From the NCBI GenBank assembly GCA_964244895.1, contig CAXTKV010000153.1, positions 1 to 13,297 of the forward strand: a stretch of DNA of 13,297 nucleotides, in the 5' to 3' direction. Each line of letters opens with the position of its first letter. Position 1 is the stretch's first letter. Positions 1-6,611 of this stretch are shown piece after piece. The DNA comes from an uncultured Deinococcales bacterium. GTDB lineage: Bacteria; Deinococcota; Deinococci; Deinococcales; JAAFIG01. Under the pieces are notes generated by a model. It ran no database searches. It worked only from the letters and a program-made list of their open reading frames with translations, and was not told the DNA's origin. A program made the translations under genes and the position numbers.

Positions 1-1
1 C

Positions 2-484
2 TTGAACGACGCGTACCTCGAGTTTTTAATGACAGAAGCCGTGCCAGAGGTTGAATCCCGGTTTTCGATTTCAAAGGACGCATCGCACCGGGGCTTGTGG
101 GGCGCGAGCCTGGGCGGGCTGGCGTCGCTGTACGCGGCCTGGAAGCGCCCGGACGCCTTCGGCGTGGTCGTGACCCAGTCGGGCGCGTTCCAGGGAAAAC
201 CCGGCGCAGCCTACAGCCGCGTTCCCGCCCTCCACGCCCGGCAAGCTGGGCGTGGAGCCGAAGAATGGTTGCTCGAGCAGATCGCATCGTCCGTTGAGAG
301 CGCCCTGCGGATCTCGCAGGATTGCGGGCAGATCGAATGGCTGCTCGGCGCGAACCGGCGCATGGCAGCGGCGCTCTGGGACGCGGGATACGCGCACCGC
401 TACGCGGAGCACGAGAGCGGCCACAACTGGGTGACGTGGCGCGACGGCATCGCGGATCACCTCGAGTTCACGCTCGGCGTGTGA
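2..484 (+). CDS. Alpha/beta-hydrolase esterase (Fes/enterochelin esterase-like family), C-terminal part; 5' end lies outside the window
   Basis: Nucleophile elbow GASLGG followed by QSG; C-terminal GHNW..W catalytic His motif; TGA at 482-484; frame open to the window edge. Confidence 0.85.
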   Translation: MNDAYLEFLMTEAVPEVESRFSISKDASHRGLWGASLGGLASLYAAWKRPDAFGVVVTQSGAFQGKPGAAYSRVPALHARQAGRGAEEWLLEQIASSVESALRISQDCGQIEWLLGANRRMAAALWDAGYAHRYAEHESGHNWVTWRDGIADHLEFTLGV

Positions 485-566
485 CCCCGAGAACGTCGTA
501 CCGGGCGGAAGCTCGAGCATCGGGACGGCCCGTCTGCCACCAGCAAAAACGTGAGCTTCAAGCGTT

Positions 567-1055
567 CTACTGCTTGGATTTGATGAACGCCAGGGCTTCT
601 CTGGCATCGGAGACGGCGTTGACGTTGCGCCTGATCTGCGCGACTTTTCCATCGGGGCCAACGATGATCGTGTCGCGGCTATAAAAGCCGAAGATGCCGC
701 CCACGTCGAACTTCCCGGCGATGTCGGCTTTGGTATCTGGAATCTGCGGGATTTTCAGGCTGTACTGCTTGACGAACTCGCACTGGGCGGTCGATGAATC
801 GTTCGAGACGGCGAAAACCTGCGCGTTCGCGTCCAGGAACTCCTTGTAGATTTTCGTGTATTCGATGTTCTGCGCCGTGCAGCCGGGCGTGAAGGCTTTC
901 GGGTAGAAGTACAGCACGACCCATTTCTTCTCGAGCTTGACGGTCTTGCCGAAGCTATCGGTGAATTGATCCGGCAGCGGGGCTTTGTCTCCGACACCGA
1001 TGGCCAGCGCGAGGCTCGAGAGGATCACGGTCAGTCCGACCAGAAGGCGTTTCAT
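567..1055 (-). CDS. bcp: BCP/PrxQ-type peroxiredoxin with N-terminal signal peptide
   Basis: VVLYFYPKAFTPGCT (PxxxTxxC peroxidatic Cys), VFAVSND, conserved Arg in SRDTIIVGPDGKV; N-terminus MKRLLVGLTVILSSLALA looks like a Sec signal. Confidence 0.9.
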   Translation of the reverse strand: MKRLLVGLTVILSSLALAIGVGDKAPLPDQFTDSFGKTVKLEKKWVVLYFYPKAFTPGCTAQNIEYTKIYKEFLDANAQVFAVSNDSSTAQCEFVKQYSLKIPQIPDTKADIAGKFDVGGIFGFYSRDTIIVGPDGKVAQIRRNVNAVSDAREALAFIKSKQ

Positions 1056-1061
1056 GCCTCG

Positions 1062-1067
1062 AGTCTA
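1062..1067 (-). promoter_or_regulatory. -10 box TAGACT, 6 nt upstream of the peroxiredoxin ATG (leaderless promoter)
   Basis: Minus strand reads TAGACT-CGAGGC-ATG; no Shine-Dalgarno. Confidence 0.7.
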
Positions 1068-1108
1068 GTTGGGTGGCCCGTTAGAAACTGCGATCCGGGC
1101 ATGAAACA

Positions 1109-1162
1109 CGAGAACACCGTCCTGGACGCGAATTTGGACATGCGTCCAGGACGGTGTTCTCG
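1109..1162. repeat. Palindromic intergenic repeat, copy A (perfect 21-bp arms, 12-nt spacer)
   Basis: CGAGAACACCGTCCTGGACGC (1109-1129), GAATTTGGACAT, GCGTCCAGGACGGTGTTCTCG (1142-1162). Confidence 0.95.
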
Positions 1163-1166
1163 AAGT

Positions 1167-2222
1167 TCAACGTTTCAGGAGCGCCGGAACATCCTTCTGC
1201 CAGCGCTCGAGCCCTCTAAACGTGGCCCACTGCGCCAAGACGATGGATTCGCCAGGCCGAAGGGGAACGTCGACGGCCAGCTTGCGGGCGGGTTTGCCGC
1301 CCCAGACGTGCTCGATGCGCAACGAGGCGGGGCGCACGATCGCCAGCAGGTCTCGAGCGGGCGAGAACACGAAATCCTTCGCGTCGGGCAATCCTGCTCG
1401 AAGCTCATCCAGCGTGAAGCCCTGACCGGACGGCCCGACCAGGCTGACGGGCGCAATCACGGGCAGGTCGAAATCTGCGAAATTGCCGCGCGCCGCCTCG
1501 CTCGAGTAGCTCAGGCGTCCGCGCAACACCCAGTTCCCGGCCCGGCGCACCAGCCCCCAGGCGGTCTCGTCGGGTTGATCGGCCAGCCGGTCGCGGTCGT
1601 CCTGGCTGGCCCTGGCGTAAAACGCGGTTCCCGCATCCGCGAGCGCCGTGGCGCGCGCCGGGAAGGCCGTCTGGAAGCTGATGGCCTGATCCGCCGGGCC
1701 GCCCAGTGCAGGCCATTCTTTCGGCGCGCGCCGGAACGCCTCGAGCGGGTACGTGCTCAGACCATTCCATTGCGAGGGGTGCGCGGCCCCCTCGCAGTAA
1801 CCGCCCTGATCCGTCTCGAGGCTGATGCGATCCTCTCCCAGAAACAGGATGCTCGAGCGTCCGACCGAATTGCATTTTTGTTCGTCCCGTCCAAATTTCA
1901 ATCCGTCCACCCACGGTTTTTCGTCGGCGGGCACGGCCCACGGCGCGTCCAGATCGAGGGTCCAATCGCCCGTCCCGGCGCGGTAGCGGCCCTGCCCGAC
2001 GCGCCACCAACCGCTCTTGCGGGCGACCAGCAGGTTCTTGCCCTCGAGGAACCGGACTCGACCGCGATTCGGCGCGATCCAGAGCGTGCGGTACGAGCTC
2101 AGGCCGTTCTGTTCGGTGCGCAGTCCGAGCAGCAAACCGGACGTGATGGCGGGTTCCCCTTGCGCCAGCGCGAGCGCGAAACTGCCCACGATGGCGATCG
2201 ACCAGATCGGGTTGATTCTCAT
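1167..2222 (-). CDS. Hypothetical exported protein, 351 aa
   Basis: Signal-peptide-like MRINPIWSIAIVGSFALALA; globular Trp/Gly-rich body with two Cys; -10 box 6 nt before the ATG. Confidence 0.8.
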   Translation of the reverse strand: MRINPIWSIAIVGSFALALAQGEPAITSGLLLGLRTEQNGLSSYRTLWIAPNRGRVRFLEGKNLLVARKSGWWRVGQGRYRAGTGDWTLDLDAPWAVPADEKPWVDGLKFGRDEQKCNSVGRSSILFLGEDRISLETDQGGYCEGAAHPSQWNGLSTYPLEAFRRAPKEWPALGGPADQAISFQTAFPARATALADAGTAFYARASQDDRDRLADQPDETAWGLVRRAGNWVLRGRLSYSSEAARGNFADFDLPVIAPVSLVGPSGQGFTLDELRAGLPDAKDFVFSPARDLLAIVRPASLRIEHVWGGKPARKLAVDVPLRPGESIVLAQWATFRGLERWQKDVPALLKR

Positions 2223-2228
2223 GGCTCG

Positions 2229-2234
2229 AGTTTA
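2229..2234 (-). promoter_or_regulatory. -10 box TAAACT, 6 nt upstream of ATG 2222 (leaderless promoter)
   Basis: Minus strand reads TAAACT-CGAGCC-ATG. Confidence 0.7.
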
Positions 2235-2268
2235 GAGCCTGAAGCGCGCATCCGGCGCGAGCATCAGG

Positions 2269-2312
2269 CGAACACCGTACTGGACGGCGTTTTACGGATA
2301 CCGTCCAGCACG
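2269..2312. repeat. Rearranged copy of the palindromic repeat family (arms back-to-back)
   Basis: AACACCGT at 2271; right-arm-like CGTACTGGACGGCGT at 2276-2290; left-arm-like ATACCGTCCAGCACG at 2298-2312 (12/15 complementary). Confidence 0.75.
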
Positions 2313-2327
2313 ATACGGGTGCGCGAT

Positions 2328-3446
2328 TTAGCGCGTCTGGTTGCGCCGGATCGAACGCACATCGGCGGCCATGCTGGCCCAGATGGCGAGCAGATCGCCG
2401 ATGCCGTACGAAATCAGCGCGATCGTGATGCCCCCAACGATGAAGCCCACCACCTGCAACCACTGCAAAATTGAAGGGTTGTCCGTGGCCGGAACCGAAA
2501 GCGCCCCCGCTGCGATCCCGATCAGGCCGAGCGGAATCGCCAGGATTTTCAACCAGCGCGAGACCGGGCTGATGGCGTAATGATCCGCCAGCGTCGGAGC
2601 CACGGCACCGGGCAGGTTCGGTAGGGGTTGGTCGAGCGCATCGCTCGACCAGGGCGCAGCGGCGGACGGCTCAGGAGTCGAGGCCAGGTACGGCGCGGCG
2701 CTCTGAACGCTCGCCAGGGCGGGCGCGGATGCGGGAATCGGTGCCAAATCGTCCGGCTCGAGCATCGGATCATCGTCGAGCGGATCGCTGAACCCAGACG
2801 ACGCGGAACGTTTCGAGAAATCGTTCATCGGTTCGTCCCAATCGAGCGAATCGGGCGATACGCGCCCGAGGTCTGCACTGTCCGAGAAGCCCGGAAGCAC
2901 GCCGGGTGCGGCGGGCATCTCGAGGGTCGGTCGGGTCGTGCTGAGGCTCTCCCAGGGATCCATCGCCGGGCCGGGCGCGTGCATCCGTCCCAGCATGGGT
3001 TCCGGCATCGGTTCGGGCGCGAGCGGCGGAACGGGCTCGAGCTGCGCAGGCGTCTCGAGGTGCGCGCTCAGCGCGGAAGCGCCGAGGTTGGCAGCCGGAG
3101 GGATCGAGTGATCCGGCGCGGCGTGCACCTGATCCGGGTTGGTCTTGGCGCGCGCGATGGCCGACTTAACGCCCTCGAAGAAGACCTTCAGTTCGGTCAC
3201 GTCGAAACCGCGAATGCTGCCCTCGATGGCCGGGCCGCTCGAGGAACGAATCGTCAACGCGCCCGTCTTATCGGTGATGACTTTGGTGACGAACCGCAAG
3301 CCCGAGCGCTGAAGGCCGCTGGTGTCGGCGTAAACGATATCGTGATCGGTGATCACCAGCGCCTTGTCCTTGCCGTCCAGACGGGTTTGCACGTCATTTT
3401 CGGCGATACCGACCTCGCGTAGGCGCGCATCGATGGATTCGATCAT
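2328..3446 (-). CDS. Hypothetical membrane protein, 372 aa: N-terminal PH-like beta domain, long Pro/Asp/Ala-rich linker, two C-terminal TM helices
   Basis: Start moved to ATG 3446 (MIESIDARL) because of the SD GAGGAGGA within 3451-3460; hydrophobic segments WLKILAIPLGLIGIAAGAL and WLQVVGFIVGGITIALISYGIG. Confidence 0.8.
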   Translation of the reverse strand: MIESIDARLREVGIAENDVQTRLDGKDKALVITDHDIVYADTSGLQRSGLRFVTKVITDKTGALTIRSSSGPAIEGSIRGFDVTELKVFFEGVKSAIARAKTNPDQVHAAPDHSIPPAANLGASALSAHLETPAQLEPVPPLAPEPMPEPMLGRMHAPGPAMDPWESLSTTRPTLEMPAAPGVLPGFSDSADLGRVSPDSLDWDEPMNDFSKRSASSGFSDPLDDDPMLEPDDLAPIPASAPALASVQSAAPYLASTPEPSAAAPWSSDALDQPLPNLPGAVAPTLADHYAISPVSRWLKILAIPLGLIGIAAGALSVPATDNPSILQWLQVVGFIVGGITIALISYGIGDLLAIWASMAADVRSIRRNQTR

Positions 3447-3537
3447 GGGGTGTCCTCCTCGGCCCGTTGCCTTCGACTCTGGCCGTTCCAGAGCGGGTTG
3501 CTTGAGGCAAACATGGGGCAAAACGTGGTCTGGACAC

Positions 3538-3567
3538 ACTATACGCGATTGAGGCGTGAATTGTCAC
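3538..3567 (-). promoter_or_regulatory. Putative sigma-A promoter of the 2328-3446 gene (GTGACA-N18-TATAGT)
   Basis: Minus-strand TATAGT at 3543-3538 and GTGACA at 3567-3562 in a divergent intergenic gap. Confidence 0.4.
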
Positions 3568-3598
3568 GTCTACAGCGTCACTTCCGCGATTCTATGCG

Positions 3599-3604
3599 TA
3601 GAAT
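3599..3604 (+). promoter_or_regulatory. -10 box TAGAAT, 7 nt upstream of GTG 3612
   Basis: TAGAAT-ACGGGAC-GTG. Confidence 0.65.
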
Positions 3605-3611
3605 ACGGGAC

Positions 3612-4373
3612 GTGAGCACGCTCAGGCCGCTGTTACTTGGTCATCGTGGCAGCCCTCGGACGGCCCGCGAAAACACCATCTCCGCCTTCGAGAACGCCAT
3701 GCTGGTCGGGCTGGACGGGGTCGAGCTGGACGTGCAACGCACGCTGGACGGCGCGCTGGTGGTGCACCACGATTTTCACCTGCCGGACGGACGCCTGATC
3801 AGCGCCCTGCGCGAGCGCGAGGTGCTGGCGGCTGAACTGCCCGACAAGGGCACCGTACCGACCTTCGATGCCGTGCTGGCCTGGGCGCACGACCGCAACG
3901 CGTACCTGAACGTCGAGATCAAGGCCACCAACTGGCGATCCGACGGGCGCGAACTCGAGACGGTGCGCGCCCTGCAGCGCTTCGGGGTGCGGGATCGCGT
4001 GGTGGTCTCGAGCTTCAACCCCGCTTCTTTGGTGCGCGTGCGCCTGGCCGATTCCCGGCTCGAGACGGGCCTGCTGTGGGACAACGACCTCGAGCCCGCG
4101 TGGTTGCTGGCGCGCGGACAGCTCGCACCGCTGCTCGGCGTGCGCGCCGTCCACCCGCGCCACCACCTGATCACGCCCGAATTCGTCGAACGCGCCCACG
4201 CGCGCGGCTGGCGCGTCAACACCTGGACGGTCAACGACCCCGAACGCGCCAGGACGCTGGTGGACATGGGCGTGGACGGCCTGATCTCGGACGCGCCGAC
4301 CGTGCTCTTGGCCGCCGCAGGGCGCCTGAATCCGCCAGAGGTGATCGCGCCCACGGCTGAACTGGACGTGTGA
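3612..4373 (+). CDS. Glycerophosphodiester phosphodiesterase (GDPD, UgpQ/GlpQ family), 253 aa
   Basis: GHRG...ENTISAF, ELDVQRTLDGALVVHHD, LNVEIK, VSSF, WTVND, GVDGLISD; start set at GTG 3612. Confidence 0.95.
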   Translation: MSTLRPLLLGHRGSPRTARENTISAFENAMLVGLDGVELDVQRTLDGALVVHHDFHLPDGRLISALREREVLAAELPDKGTVPTFDAVLAWAHDRNAYLNVEIKATNWRSDGRELETVRALQRFGVRDRVVVSSFNPASLVRVRLADSRLETGLLWDNDLEPAWLLARGQLAPLLGVRAVHPRHHLITPEFVERAHARGWRVNTWTVNDPERARTLVDMGVDGLISDAPTVLLAAAGRLNPPEVIAPTAELDV

Positions 4374-4404
4374 CGGTTCGACTCGCGCCAGCGCGAGGGT
4401 TCGC

Positions 4405-4410
4405 TAAAAT
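4405..4410 (+). promoter_or_regulatory. -10 box TAAAAT, 6 nt upstream of ATG 4417
   Basis: TAAAAT-CACGGC-ATG. Confidence 0.7.
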
Positions 4411-4416
4411 CACGGC

Positions 4417-4605
4417 ATGGAATTCAGACTGATCAGCTCGCACGAACCCGATATCTTCCAGGAGCGCCTCAACCGTTTGATCGCCAGTCTCGGACCTGAA
4501 ATCGCGATCGGCGAGGTGCGTTTCGACACCAGCGCGCTGCCCAACGGCAATGTCATGTTCAGCGCGTTGGTGTCCTTCAAACGCGTCGAAAACTGGGGCG
4601 AGTAA
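4417..4605 (+). CDS. Small hypothetical protein, 62 aa
   Basis: Own leaderless-type -10 box; host-like codon usage; amphipathic beta-alpha-beta-beta pattern; fills the gap without overlap. Confidence 0.8.
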   Translation: MEFRLISSHEPDIFQERLNRLIASLGPEIAIGEVRFDTSALPNGNVMFSALVSFKRVENWGE

Positions 4606-4612
4606 CCGCAGG

Positions 4613-4656
4613 AATACCGTCTAACACACGGTTTATTTATTGCGTACCGGACGGTG
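4613..4656. repeat. Degenerate copy B of the palindromic repeat (12-nt spacer retained)
   Basis: AATACCGTCTAACACAC, GGTTTATTTATT, GCGTACCGGACGGTG. Confidence 0.75.
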
Positions 4657-4693
4657 CCGCTGTTTTGAGAATCTCGAGAACGAGTTGGCGCGA

Positions 4694-4718
4694 GGGCAAC
4701 CATAAAGGTTGCCCCTAC
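4694..4718 (-). repeat. GTAG-type REP sequence
   Basis: Minus strand GTAG-GGGCAACC-TTTAT-GGTTGCCC: GTAG tetranucleotide followed by a perfect 8-bp GC-rich hairpin, the architecture of RAYT/TnpA(REP)-associated REPs. Confidence 0.8.
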
Positions 4719-4895
4719 CCTTCCCTCGGAATGTGTTCGATCCCATCGCAGGAGGCCATTAACGGCCCGCTGCCAATTCCGGCGCGAATCTCGAGCCTTC
4801 CGCACCAAAAGCGACCTCCATTCCGGTTTCCCTCGCGGCTGATGGCTTGCGGCCTCTCCTCGAGCTGCACGCGCGAGCATCGAGGAACATCCTCA

Positions 4896-4910
4896 GGCAC
4901 GGTGTTCTCA
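4896..4910. repeat. Half-site of the palindromic repeat family overlapping the stop codon of the 4908-5267 gene
   Basis: Minus strand TGAGAACACCGTGCC; its TGA is the stop codon. Confidence 0.6.
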
Positions 4911-5267
4911 TTCCAGGCTGTAATTCAGATTCCCGATGGTCGCCCGATTCTCGAGTCGCAGGGAGTGACGACCGGGTTTCAGCGCGTAACGGTGATCGAA
5001 CTTGCCCACGATCTCGGCGACCTGAAGGCCGTCCAGGAAGACCTCCAGCCGACCCTGCTCGATCTCGCCGAAGACCCGCAAGCTGGATTTGCGTTCCAGG
5101 TTGAACGTGCGCTCGAGCGGCAACTTGGTGTTGTTCAAAAACGCCGGCGTCCACGGCGGAAAGCCGATGAAAAAATTCCCCCAGATCGCGAAGATCGCGA
5201 GCGTCGCGTACACCGGGAAGAGGCACACGATCAGCGCCCACTGCCAGCGTTTGAGCTTGAACGGCAT
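4908..5267 (-). CDS. Hypothetical membrane-anchored protein, 119 aa, with small C-terminal beta domain
   Basis: N-terminal TM segment WQWALIVCLFPVYATLAIFAIW; VFLDG...LKPGRHSLRLE pattern; TAGGCT (5279-5274) lies 6 nt before the ATG. Confidence 0.8.
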   Translation of the reverse strand: MPFKLKRWQWALIVCLFPVYATLAIFAIWGNFFIGFPPWTPAFLNNTKLPLERTFNLERKSSLRVFGEIEQGRLEVFLDGLQVAEIVGKFDHRYALKPGRHSLRLENRATIGNLNYSLE

Positions 5268-5435
5268 GCGTTCAGCCTAGTCCCAGGAGGCCGAGCCGTT
5301 AAGGCGTTATGTCCCTCGCGGCGAAGCTTCAAAAACCACGCAATCCAGAACCGCGTCGCCCGAGATCCACGAGCCGTTCATCCCGGAAATCTCCGACCTG
5401 GACGCGCAATTTAACCAGAATGCGGGGAAAAGCAC

Positions 5436-5444
5436 TGCTATAGT
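5436..5444 (+). promoter_or_regulatory. Extended -10 promoter TG-C-TATAGT for the metallophosphoesterase transcript
   Basis: TGCTATAGT at 5436-5444; it overlaps the ORF-track GTG 5443, which argues against that start. Confidence 0.6.
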
Positions 5445-5520
5445 GAACCGCGAAAACGATGATAGACGCCGAAACCCCCATCACGAACGCGTTCTTTATG
5501 ACCACCTCAAAGGCTTCACG

Positions 5521-6273
5521 ATGCTGAAAGTCATCGCCATCGGAGATGTCCACGCGGACTTCGGGAAACTCTGGGACGCGCTCCGGGCGTCCTTTACCGC
5601 CGACGCCGACGGAAACCCGACCGCGCCCGTTCTGGACGGGCGCTTCCAGGTGATATTGATCGGTGATCTGGTTCACCCGAAGAACCTGGACGGCTACGCC
5701 CGGTTGACCGGCATCAAGACCTTCAGTCACCGCGACCCCGAACACCTCAAGGCCGCGTCCAAAGCCGAAGCCGAGGAACTCTACAAGCTCAAACGTTACG
5801 TCGAGCGGGCGGGCGGCAACGTGACCGTGCTGTTGGGCAACCACGATTCGGCGGCGCTCGATCACAAGTACGACCTGGGCACGGCCTCCGGCCTGACGCA
5901 CCGAGAATTCAACCCGAGAAAAGGCGGCGAGGAACTGCCCGAAGACCTGCAAGCCTGGATGCGCTCCTGGCCGATGCACGTGCGGTTGTCCGGGATTCAT
6001 TTCAGTCACGCCGGACCGTTGCCGGGCATGGCCAGTTACGACGATTTTTTCTACGGCGATCCCGACACGAAAAACTGGTGGCAGACCAAACCGCACTACG
6101 TCCACGACGCGGGCCACCGCTTCGGCGTGTACGGACACACGGTCATGCCCGAAGGCATTTACGTCGATCCCGAGCAGCGTTTCGTGATGATCGATGCGCT
6201 CGAGAAACGCCAGTATTTAGAGGTGCTGATCCGCGACGACGAAGATTACGATTACCGGATCGCCGCGTTCTAA
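5521..6273 (+). CDS. Calcineurin-like metallophosphoesterase, 250 aa
   Basis: Motifs GDVH, GDLVH, LGNHD, SHAG, GHT in canonical order; start ATG 5521 (MLKVIAIGDVH). Confidence 0.92.
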   Translation: MLKVIAIGDVHADFGKLWDALRASFTADADGNPTAPVLDGRFQVILIGDLVHPKNLDGYARLTGIKTFSHRDPEHLKAASKAEAEELYKLKRYVERAGGNVTVLLGNHDSAALDHKYDLGTASGLTHREFNPRKGGEELPEDLQAWMRSWPMHVRLSGIHFSHAGPLPGMASYDDFFYGDPDTKNWWQTKPHYVHDAGHRFGVYGHTVMPEGIYVDPEQRFVMIDALEKRQYLEVLIRDDEDYDYRIAAF

Positions 6274-6483
6274 GAACACCGTCCAGCGCCACGTCTCGAT
6301 GATCACGTGTGGGAGCGCGAGTAGCCCGTCAGGTGCTGTTTTTCGAGCAAGAAGCGCGAGTAGCCCGTCAGCAATCCTGCCCGTCAGCGCCGCAAGCCCG
6401 TCAGGTGCTATCTGTAGCGGCAAGAAGGTGCATGTTCAGGATCAAGAAGCTGCTGTTTTTCGAGCAAGAACGGTGTTCTCGAG
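6273..6483. repeat. Expanded copy of the palindromic repeat: arms separated by about 180 nt of internal micro-duplications
   Basis: Left arm AGAACACCGTCCAGCGC 6273-6289; right arm ACGGTGTTCTCGAG 6470-6483; GCCCGTCAG x4; 19-mer at 6314/6353; 20-mer at 6334/6451. Confidence 0.8.
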
Positions 6484-6611
6484 ATCTTAGGTTTTCGGGT
6501 CAGCACCCGAGCGCAGGATCAAGAGCGGCGATACGCAAACCTGACGAAAACCCACGAGCCTGAGGGCGCGAATCCCAATTCCGGGCTTTGCATTCTTCAG
6601 GAGTCTTTCTT

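Noticed and set aside
489..530. Possible very degenerate repeat copy (GAGAACGTCGTACC...GGGACGG) after the esterase stop
   Set aside because: Too many mismatches to the consensus to count, although the position is suggestive.
966..2474. 502-aa plus-strand ORF and 352-aa minus-strand ORF 1405-2463
   Set aside because: Shadow or alternate frames of the 1167-2222 gene; Arg/Gly/Ala-rich with no motifs, as expected in GC-rich DNA.
6314..6470. Possible CRISPR mini-array
   Set aside because: Repeats are 9-20 nt, interleaved and irregularly spaced, with no unique spacers of constant length and no cas genes.
6299..6563. Short ORFs across the micro-duplication region (6299-6490, 6309-6563, 6217-6423)
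   Set aside because: Peptide repeats only mirror the DNA repeats in several frames; no SD or -10 support.
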